The notes under the pieces: generated by a model
Seen by the model: only the letters and a program-made list of their open reading frames with translations
Told to the model about the DNA's origin: nothing
Database searches by the model: none
Position numbers and translations under genes: made by a program
Shown: positions 16,049 to 23,775 of the stretch, piece by piece
How the letters are laid out: each line of letters starts with the position of its first letter
Numbering within the stretch: the stretch's first letter is position 1
Assembly (NCBI GenBank): GCA_016840405.1
Contig: JAEOSK010000034.1
Coordinates: forward strand, 1-28,034
DNA from: Candidatus Hermodarchaeum yapensis
Lineage (GTDB): Archaea; Asgardarchaeota; Hermodarchaeia; Hermodarchaeales; Hermodarchaeaceae
Length of the DNA stretch: 28,034 bases
Direction of reading: 5' to 3'

Positions 16049-16375
16049 TTACTCTTCTTTTGCTTCCTCTTCTTCCTCGATTTCTTCAAGGGGAATCGGG
16101 GGTGGAGTCGTCAGCATCGTCCAGCCAATCCAAGCCACAATGAAGAGCACCAGCATAATCGCCAGCCACATCGGAATCGCAACGGCGAAATAGGGCTCAA
16201 CCAGAACTGGAATCCAGAAGAAGAATTGCCACCACGGATGAGCGGTTGGATATGCACCAGTTGGATTGACAGAGTAGAACATGAACGGGTAAACAAGAGC
16301 CCAATAGGTGTAATAAAGTACGACTAGAATCGAAAAGAGGAGAATGAGGAAACCATAGATTTTATCTCGTGCCAT
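16049..16375 (-). CDS. two-TM DPM2/PIG-P-like glycosyltransferase accessory protein
   Basis: DKIYGF...YYTYWALVYPF...HPWWQFF...YFAVAIP...GWTMLTTPPP plus acidic tail; motif order matches eukaryotic DPM2 and PIG-P as recalled. Confidence 0.75.
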   Translation of the reverse strand: MARDKIYGFLILLFSILVVLYYTYWALVYPFMFYSVNPTGAYPTAHPWWQFFFWIPVLVEPYFAVAIPMWLAIMLVLFIVAWIGWTMLTTPPPIPLEEIEEEEEAKEE

Positions 16376-16540
16376 AGTAAGTAACCCCTTCTATGAGGGA
16401 ATCTGCGACTGCCTTGCTAATGTCTTGTTATTAAGTCTTACCCACAAGCAGCCCAGATATAACAAAGACAGCCTAACTTTCAAATAAATACTTATGGCCA
16501 CTTTGTTACATTGAGGCTGTGAACGTTGGAACGGTCTAAA

Positions 16541-16705
16541 GTCAACTACCACTGATTGAAATCGGTGGTTTGTACATCACATCCTGCGGTGGTTGGACGC
16601 GGTACGTCTGGGTGGTTGACCGCACCCCGGATCCGCTGCGATCTACGTCAACGGGTCACGGTCACGCCTGCGCGAGAGATGGGCAGGAACCGGGTTGGTG
16701 TGGCT
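16541..16705. ncRNA. stand-alone structured RNA with IS200/IS605 terminal hairpin (HEARO/omega-RNA-like); strand unresolved
   Basis: GC-rich intergenic island. GTCAACTA-CCACTGAT-TGAA-ATCGGTGG-TTTG; GTCAACTACC/GGTGGTTGAC 10-bp closing stem; long hairpin CCGCAC-CCCGG...CCGGG-TTG-GTGTGG; K-loop on the minus strand. Confidence 0.6.
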
Positions 16706-16806
16706 AGAGGTTCTTTTCGCCAGAGCGTATTTAAACTCATAGAGTAAGTTGGGAGTGGTCAATTCCTCCACTGTCTGAAGGTAGTGGTCTCCTTGACCTG
16801 GTTCTC

Positions 16807-17874
16807 ATGAAGGCACTCATTCTAGCTGGAGGCTCTGGTACGCGCTTACGTCCCTTAACGTGTACTCGGTCCAAACAACTCCTTCCGCTCGCCTCCTCCA
16901 CCCTCATTGGATATATGCTCGACCGCCTTCATGATGCTGGCATCTCTGAAGTGATCCTTGCGATAGGACCTGGACTTGACGATCTTCAAGAATCGCTGGG
17001 TGATGGCTCCAATTATAGCATCACTCTGCACTATTCCCTTGAAACACAACCCCTTGGAACAGCAGGGGCAATCAAACATGCAGAACAGCATTTTCGCAAG
17101 GACCAGTCGTTTTTAGCCCTCAACGGTGACATCGTATCCAACATCAACTATACTCAACTCATACAATTCCATGAACAACAACAAGCCATTGCAACAATAG
17201 CCCTTTATCGAGTGGAAGACCCCAGCCGATTTGGCGTCGTTGAAATCGATTCAGAAAGGCGCATCCACAACTTCGTCGAAAAACCCGACCCTCGACACGC
17301 TCCTAGTAATCTAATTAACGCAGGGTGTTACGTCCTCGAGAACACAGTGCTAGAGCATATTCCTGCAAGTCAAGAAGTTTCAATCGAACGGGAAGTTTTT
17401 CCAGCTCTGTGTAAATCTACCAAAGTCTTTGGATGGGAACATCATGGAATTTGGGTCGATACAGGCACACCCGAATCTTTTCTCAAAGCCCAACAAGCAC
17501 TGGTAACAGAAACGGCTCAAATTCCATTAATAGGTGCAAAAACAAAGATTGCCCCATCTGCCATTATTGGGAAAAATGTCACTATCGGTAAACGAGCCAG
17601 AATAGGTCCTAACGCCCATATCAATGATGCAGTGCTGTTTGATGACGTAATCATTGGGGCCGGCGTCACCATCGAGCAATCAATCATTGGACAAGGCGCA
17701 GTGATAGGAAAAGACCTCCAACTCAAAAAACACGTCATCGTCGGGGATGGGGCAATCATTGACTCCGGCGCCAATATTCCTCCGGGCGCGCTCATCTGTC
17801 CTCAATACCATGTGAAAAAAGGTGAAACCCCACCACCCTGCTTTGTGAAGAATTACAAGTCACTCACTGTCTGA
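16807..17874 (+). CDS. NDP-sugar pyrophosphorylase (mannose-1-phosphate guanylyltransferase-like) with left-handed beta-helix domain
   Basis: MKALILAGGSGTRLRPLT, PLGTAGAI, LNGD, FVEKP, INAGCYVL, SIEREVFP, WVDTGTP, hexapeptide repeats. Confidence 0.9.
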   Translation: MKALILAGGSGTRLRPLTCTRSKQLLPLASSTLIGYMLDRLHDAGISEVILAIGPGLDDLQESLGDGSNYSITLHYSLETQPLGTAGAIKHAEQHFRKDQSFLALNGDIVSNINYTQLIQFHEQQQAIATIALYRVEDPSRFGVVEIDSERRIHNFVEKPDPRHAPSNLINAGCYVLENTVLEHIPASQEVSIEREVFPALCKSTKVFGWEHHGIWVDTGTPESFLKAQQALVTETAQIPLIGAKTKIAPSAIIGKNVTIGKRARIGPNAHINDAVLFDDVIIGAGVTIEQSIIGQGAVIGKDLQLKKHVIVGDGAIIDSGANIPPGALICPQYHVKKGETPPPCFVKNYKSLTV

Positions 17875-18540
17875 TGAACTGGAGGGAACCGATGGCGAAA
17901 TCAGGATTCGTACTCGACGATAAGTGGCTATTAGAATACTCGCGAGAGTAATTCCCGTCAGGACAATCGCTGTTGGAACCAACGTAATCCCCCATGGCGT
18001 AAAATTCAATCCAAAGCCAACCAACACCGCCAAAGCAACACTCAACCCACAAGAGAGGGCGAGACGTTCCCAACGATCAATAAATCGTTCAAAGGGAAAC
18101 AAAGCCCGAACAAAAGCAAAACCCGGAACCAAGACCAACAACAATCCACCAAAAATCCAACGTAACACCACTATCGGCCACAGGTCTACAGGAATTAGTA
18201 ACGTAGTAACAAGACCCAAAATCAACAGAACCAGCGTCAACCACAAATCCAAAGCTAGTGTGCTCCCCAGATATTCACACCAGCCCGAAACAGGTGTCAT
18301 CACCGTCTCTTCTGAAGACCCTGGCAGATTAAGAAGCACATACCCCTCTTGGGCTAAGTCTTTGATCATCCGCATCGTGACGCTTTCTGGTACGCCATTT
18401 GTCTTCAACTCCGTGACAACACCTTGAACGGTAGAAAACCGTCGGCTTCGTAGAGCCTCCAGAATTAACTCCCGAACGGTTTCAGGAACATAGGTGTCCT
18501 TTTCACGGAGTAACATAACCGAACCGACCTGACCGACCAT
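17860..18540 (-). CDS. DUF1616-type membrane protein (TM part) with N-terminal winged-helix-like region
   Basis: LRWIFG..LVLVPGFAFVRALFP...ERLALSCGLSVAL...GLNFTPWGI. Confidence 0.85.
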   Translation of the reverse strand: MVGQVGSVMLLREKDTYVPETVRELILEALRSRRFSTVQGVVTELKTNGVPESVTMRMIKDLAQEGYVLLNLPGSSEETVMTPVSGWCEYLGSTLALDLWLTLVLLILGLVTTLLIPVDLWPIVVLRWIFGGLLLVLVPGFAFVRALFPFERFIDRWERLALSCGLSVALAVLVGFGLNFTPWGITLVPTAIVLTGITLASILIATYRRVRILISPSVPSSSSDSE

Positions 18541-18588
18541 TAAGCAAAGATTCTTTTAACCTTTCACTTACCTATTGTTCTGGCGCTT

Positions 18589-19140
18589 ATGCAACGACAT
18601 CCTGCGAACCTAATATTGGCTCTCTTTCTTTTCATGGTCGCTCTAAGCTCGCCTGTGATTGCCTTAACCACTGTCTACTCTTTCAGATATGAACATGTAT
18701 CTTACCAACCCGAAGCGCAAGCACAGCAGGCAATCGATGATGCCCAAAGTGCCATCAACTCTGCCTACACTGACCTGATGCTAGCCGATTCCACAGGGGC
18801 TAGCATTACCGATCTCCTAAGTTCATTGAATGGGGCTATAACCGAGCTTAACCAAGCCCGCTCTGCGTTTAATACCACCGATTACCCCTCCGCAATAACT
18901 CTTGCTGAAAGTGCTCAGGCCACAGCAGATTCAGTCAGCACAGAAGCTTCCGCTCGTCGTTCCGCCACGTTAGTCCAACAACAAGCGCAACTCATCATCA
19001 TTATTGGTGTAGTCATCATCACGGTTTTCATCACCTATTTTGCTCTTACCCGTATTATTCGCTATCAACGAGAGAAAAAGCGGGAGTTCCTACGGATGGA
19101 AATCCGCCTATCCGACGAGGAGGACGGTGAGGATACATGA
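18589..19140 (+). CDS. hypothetical secreted, membrane-anchored helical protein
   Basis: N-terminal signal/TM, Ala-rich helical ectodomain, C-terminal TM and charged tail; stop overlaps the next start (ATGA). Confidence 0.8.
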   Translation: MQRHPANLILALFLFMVALSSPVIALTTVYSFRYEHVSYQPEAQAQQAIDDAQSAINSAYTDLMLADSTGASITDLLSSLNGAITELNQARSAFNTTDYPSAITLAESAQATADSVSTEASARRSATLVQQQAQLIIIIGVVIITVFITYFALTRIIRYQREKKREFLRMEIRLSDEEDGEDT

Positions 19141-19640
19141 AGAAGTACACCCAAACGATTCTCACACTTCTCATGATTGGTCTTGCCGTTGCCACAGGAA
19201 CCTTGCTAGTTTCGGTATGGCTGTTACCACCACCAGAACACACAGCGGTCATTGCGATGTTAAACGAAGACATGGAAGCGGGTCCCTATCCCACCAACGT
19301 CACACAATATTCGAACATCTCGCTCAATATCGAAGTCTACAACTACTTGGGTGTCGTCCAATACTTCTATGTCCGCACCAAACTCGCAAACCAGACCACA
19401 ATGGCAAATGCAACTACACCGTCATCCGCATCAATTATTTTGCAATCTGACAGAATTCTAGCCCATGGTGAAAGATGGGTAATTCCAATTGAACTAAACA
19501 TGACAACCACTGGTACGAATTTCCGTCTCACCTTTGAATTATGGCACTACAACCCGTCCCAAGATGACATAATTTGGGTTCGGAACCAACGTGGCGAAGG
19601 ATTATGGGTTCACCTCCCCCTAAATGTGACCGGACCTTAA
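19137..19640 (+). CDS. DUF1616-type extracellular beta-domain protein
   Basis: N-terminal TM, AGPYPTNVT, VYNYLG..QYFYVRTKL, RLTFELW; several N-x-S/T sequons. Confidence 0.75.
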   Translation: MKKYTQTILTLLMIGLAVATGTLLVSVWLLPPPEHTAVIAMLNEDMEAGPYPTNVTQYSNISLNIEVYNYLGVVQYFYVRTKLANQTTMANATTPSSASIILQSDRILAHGERWVIPIELNMTTTGTNFRLTFELWHYNPSQDDIIWVRNQRGEGLWVHLPLNVTGP

Positions 19641-19683
19641 CCTTACACCAATACCATCTCTAACTCTTGTAGGTGACTGGGTT

Positions 19684-20853
19684 TTGAAACGACGGCTACG
19701 AATTACACAGGTCGTCCATAACTTTCACCCCGTTGTTGGGGGCATTGAAACCTACGCCTACAACCTCGCCAAAGGATTAGTCGATGCTGGACACGAAGTG
19801 AAAGTCTACACGGCACACATCCCTGGGTTCCCCGCATATGAAAACTTGGAAGGTATTCACATTCACCGATTCCATGCAATCGCCCGACCCTTTGGCTATC
19901 CCTTCATCCCTGGGCTCATCCCTGCCCTCACTCGAGATCGCTGTGATGTCCTCCACGCCCACATCAATTCTCCCATGACAGTTGATTTTACCGCTTTTTC
20001 CAGCCGCCTTGTTAACATACCACTCGTCATCACCTATCACGCTGATGCAATCATAAGTGACCTCGCATTGAAAACTCCCGGCTTCCGCCGAATACTCAGC
20101 CAAGTCTATTGGCTCTCCCGACACACCGCCGCAAATATCGCCAAATACCTTATTGTCACCTCCCCCACCTACCTAGAAATATCGCCGTTCTTGCAACGTT
20201 TTCGAGAAAAAACGTCGATAATACCTGCACCCGTAAATCCCTACTATCTAACTCCCATTGAAGACACCCACCAAGCCAAGGCAAACTTGGGCTTCAACAC
20301 CAAAGATCCCTTAATCCTCTTTGTTGGTCGATTAGTTCCATACAAAGGACTGGATACACTTCTTCATGCATTCAAACAAATCCTCTCCCACATACCCACA
20401 ACACAACTAGCCATCGTCGGCTCAGGTCCTCAATTACCAAAGTTGCAAGAAACCTGTCAACAACTGGGAATTAGTAATTCAGTGCATTTTCTTGGCATAC
20501 TCCCTCGGAAAAAACTACGGGATGCCTACACCGCCTGTGATGTTTTTGTTTTACCATCTCGCTCCCGCTCAGAAGCATTCGGCATTGTTCTACTAGAAGC
20601 GATGGCCCGAGCTAAACCTGTTGTCGCCACCAATGTCGGCGGTATCCCCTACGTGGTCAACAATGGAAAAACTGGTCTCCTTGTCCCTCCCTCTGATCAA
20701 ACACACCTCGCTGAAGCTATCACACAACTCCTCTCAAATCCGCAAACCCGTCAGCGCTTAGGTCAAGCAGGTCATCAACGAGTCATCGAACACTTCACTC
20801 GTCCACCTATCACTCGAAAACTCGAAGAACTGTATCTTACCCTCCTCCGGTAA
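19684..20853 (+). CDS. glycosyltransferase family 4 (GT-B, PIG-A-like N terminus)
   Basis: FHPVVGGIETY, GHEVKV, ILFVGRLVPYKG, DVFVLPSRSRSEAFGIVLLEAMA..PVVATNVGG. Confidence 0.93.
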   Translation: MKRRLRITQVVHNFHPVVGGIETYAYNLAKGLVDAGHEVKVYTAHIPGFPAYENLEGIHIHRFHAIARPFGYPFIPGLIPALTRDRCDVLHAHINSPMTVDFTAFSSRLVNIPLVITYHADAIISDLALKTPGFRRILSQVYWLSRHTAANIAKYLIVTSPTYLEISPFLQRFREKTSIIPAPVNPYYLTPIEDTHQAKANLGFNTKDPLILFVGRLVPYKGLDTLLHAFKQILSHIPTTQLAIVGSGPQLPKLQETCQQLGISNSVHFLGILPRKKLRDAYTACDVFVLPSRSRSEAFGIVLLEAMARAKPVVATNVGGIPYVVNNGKTGLLVPPSDQTHLAEAITQLLSNPQTRQRLGQAGHQRVIEHFTRPPITRKLEELYLTLLR

Positions 20854-20881
20854 CACAAATTTTCGATTCACTTCTCTTCGG

Positions 20882-22495
20882 TCAGTCCATCCGTTCAATG
20901 AGCCACGACACAGGTTTCGATAAGGGGTGAAGCACCTCGCTCATGCGAAGCAATGCCGTAACATCTACCGGCTCTAACACACGGGTTTTCCTGAGGCTCC
21001 AAAGATAGAAGATGGAAAGAGGACCGAGTGTAAGAATCATGACCACTTGGAATACCCAGGCTAGCATTCCCACAAGATTCCACAACGTGAGGACAAACCA
21101 TCCGAACATTATCACAATGAGAAAAAGTAGCGCGATCACTACTAACACTCCAATTGTTCGAGGGATGAACCGACCCGTAACCTGGATACCTGTTCGACGC
21201 TGAAACAATAACAGAAAAATCAACAAAAACGGAATACCTGCTAACCAAATCAATGCAACTACGATTTCATGAGCAACAGGACAAAATAACCACAGGAGAA
21301 GAATAATCGACCCAGTCCATGCGGCATACGTCACCAAGACCGCACGGATACTTCCCACACCAATTAGCGTATCCATCATCAAAGCCGTAAGAGGATATAT
21401 CAGAAAACTTCCCGCCATCAACACAAGAAAGGGTGTAGCCACCAAACCTTCAACCGCAAAAAACACAACGAGAACAGGAGCAGCATAAAAGACCACACCA
21501 ACAGCAATGAACGCACTAAACAACAACCCAAGCTTCCACGCCCGATCCATGTATCCCCTAATAGCCGACGATCCTTCCTGTGCCATATCTCCTGACGTCC
21601 GAGGCATTAACACCCGAAACGGCGCCGCTTGTCCTCGTTGTATGTAAACGGCAACACTCATCGCTAAACCTAACCCAGCCAGCATCAAATTGGATGTACG
21701 AAACACATTCGCAATCAAGAGCGGAATATACAGAAACACTGCCCCAAGCAATGCCAACAAAAAAGCTTGTGACGCCGTCGAAATAAACGATCGACGAGTC
21801 GAAGACCAGGACCCAACCGTGAGATTCCTTGGCGGTCTCCTTAATACTACAAAAAGCACGACCACCTCAAAGATAATCGTCACAACAGAAACAACAATGT
21901 TGAACACAATCACTCCCAACAGAGTCATAATTCCCAAAACAAAAATCGTAGTCAACGCGACAAAATACAACCCATGATACAAAGCCATCGCATAAGTAAC
22001 ATACCGCATCCGCTGCAAACCCCGAAAAATACCCTGCAGAACCGTACTTACTGCCGTTAAAGGAACGGTCAACAACGCCAATTGCAAAAACGGCAACACA
22101 CCCACCGGAATTAACACACCTGGTGGAAACCAAGCAAGAACCAAATTAACAAGCACAACAATTCCAAGACTCGCTAACAATGACGCAACCACCGACCAAC
22201 CTATCAACCGATAAAAAGACAAAGATCGACGGTTCACCACCTCGGGTACATGTTTCATTAAAGCGACATCAATACCCATAATCCCAACCGGGATAAGCAC
22301 ACTCACCCACGCAAATACAAGAATGTAAATATAAAATTCGTAAACTGGTACGGTAGGTAATCCACGGACGACTAAAATCGAAGATACCACACCAAAGACA
22401 ATCGCCACAAAGATGGTTACGGCTTCTGCTACAATATTTTGAACAAAAAGCTGTTCCGAATCACTGCGAGCTCGCTTCACTGGTTCTCCAGACAC
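20882..22495 (-). CDS. polysaccharide/oligosaccharide flippase (MOP superfamily, Wzx-like)
   Basis: 537 aa with about 12-14 hydrophobic segments; GIDVALMKHV, LQGIFRGLQRM; between two GT4 genes. Confidence 0.8.
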   Translation of the reverse strand: MSGEPVKRARSDSEQLFVQNIVAEAVTIFVAIVFGVVSSILVVRGLPTVPVYEFYIYILVFAWVSVLIPVGIMGIDVALMKHVPEVVNRRSLSFYRLIGWSVVASLLASLGIVVLVNLVLAWFPPGVLIPVGVLPFLQLALLTVPLTAVSTVLQGIFRGLQRMRYVTYAMALYHGLYFVALTTIFVLGIMTLLGVIVFNIVVSVVTIIFEVVVLFVVLRRPPRNLTVGSWSSTRRSFISTASQAFLLALLGAVFLYIPLLIANVFRTSNLMLAGLGLAMSVAVYIQRGQAAPFRVLMPRTSGDMAQEGSSAIRGYMDRAWKLGLLFSAFIAVGVVFYAAPVLVVFFAVEGLVATPFLVLMAGSFLIYPLTALMMDTLIGVGSIRAVLVTYAAWTGSIILLLWLFCPVAHEIVVALIWLAGIPFLLIFLLLFQRRTGIQVTGRFIPRTIGVLVVIALLFLIVIMFGWFVLTLWNLVGMLAWVFQVVMILTLGPLSIFYLWSLRKTRVLEPVDVTALLRMSEVLHPLSKPVSWLIERMD

Positions 22496-23640
22496 GCTTG
22501 ATACACTCCTTCGGTGAGCTCACTAGTACGCTCCCAGTTATGATGGTCTCTCACATACTGCTGACCGAATTTACCCATCTGCTCAAGTTCCGAACGACGA
22601 GCCTGCCACTCATCCAATGCTTGGGTAATGCAATCCGCTTCAGGTGATTCCAATGTAATACCCCATTGGCTCTGAAGAAACTCCGTGACCCCACCCACAC
22701 CTGTCGCCAACACCGGAGTACCCGCAGCAAGAGCCTCAAGAAGCGTAGTGGGAAGCGTTTCAGCAAAAGACGGAATCACATACAAATCCAACGACGCCAT
22801 AAAACCAGGCATATTCTGGTGGTCCAACTGCCCAAGAAAATGTACATGGCTGAGCCCCGCTTCTTTTACAAACTCTTCCCATTTGTGTTGGGACAAGGCT
22901 CCGCCAGCAACAAGTAGATGCAAGTGTTTAACCGATTTCAGCCGGGTCATCGCTTCCAGTAACTGGTCAAACCCTTTATCCTGCGTTAAAGCTCCCGCAT
23001 ACCCAACAACAAACGCATCCACTGACAACTTCAGTTGATGGCGGAACCGCGCCTCCACCTTAGAATGAAATCGCGTAACATCAACGGCATGCGGCACATA
23101 CACAATACGCTCTACAGGTACCCCCTCTCCAACAAGAATCTCCTCCGATCGGCGCGTCAGACAAATAATACGCGAAAAAGGTCGTCGATACCCCCGTGAT
23201 TCCAAGTAGCGAAATAGCCGAGAACGACCAGGCCCCGGCTCTAAATGTGTCCATTGTTCTTCCACATGCGACAATACTGACGCAATGACAGGCACCCCTA
23301 ATTCAGAACCTGCACGTAGAGCTGCCTCTGAGGCTATCGGCGGCACGGTATGAATAACATTAGGACGCCACTCTCGAGCAAAAGCCCGAACACCAGGCAC
23401 AAAACGTCGTCGAAAAACGTACCGGCTGAGTAATGTGGATAACGAACGGCTCCGAAGATTCAATCGGACAGGTAGAAGCCCCACTGTATTTGGTGAAGCA
23501 AATTCTCCATTCTTAGGAGTGCCACTAAGAATTACCACCTCATGCCCACGTTGAATCAGCCCCTTGCTAAGCTGAGCCCAATACATAGGGCCACCCCCTG
23601 CCTGCTTAGCATGTGATTCAACAACCATCAGAACCTTCAC
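22477..23640 (-). CDS. glycosyltransferase family 4 (GT-B)
   Basis: VKVLMV..GGG, RGHEVVIL, VGYAGAL..DKG, DLYVIPSFAETLPTTLLEALAAGTPVLATGVGG; GTG start at 23640 inferred. Confidence 0.92.
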   Translation of the reverse strand: MKVLMVVESHAKQAGGGPMYWAQLSKGLIQRGHEVVILSGTPKNGEFASPNTVGLLPVRLNLRSRSLSTLLSRYVFRRRFVPGVRAFAREWRPNVIHTVPPIASEAALRAGSELGVPVIASVLSHVEEQWTHLEPGPGRSRLFRYLESRGYRRPFSRIICLTRRSEEILVGEGVPVERIVYVPHAVDVTRFHSKVEARFRHQLKLSVDAFVVGYAGALTQDKGFDQLLEAMTRLKSVKHLHLLVAGGALSQHKWEEFVKEAGLSHVHFLGQLDHQNMPGFMASLDLYVIPSFAETLPTTLLEALAAGTPVLATGVGGVTEFLQSQWGITLESPEADCITQALDEWQARRSELEQMGKFGQQYVRDHHNWERTSELTEGVYQACLENQ

Positions 23641-23775
23641 GAATGCTTCCACCACAAGATTCAACGCACAAGTCAATGCAGAGAATGACAGATACCAGGT
23701 TACGCTATTATTCGGAATTATTATAAAACCTTGGACAAGCCAGTACACCTATAGAATACGATTAGGTGAACAATT

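Noticed and set aside
16541-16747. Island as SRP RNA, RNase P RNA, CRISPR array or the 63-aa ORF 16556..16747
   Set aside because: No SRP helix-8 or RNase P GAGGAAAGUCC motif; repeats are only 7 nt with no cas genes; the ORF is a by-product of GC-rich structured sequence.
20895-23038. Several plus- and minus-strand ORFs over the flippase and GT4
   Set aside because: Antisense or alternative-frame shadows produced by biased codon usage.
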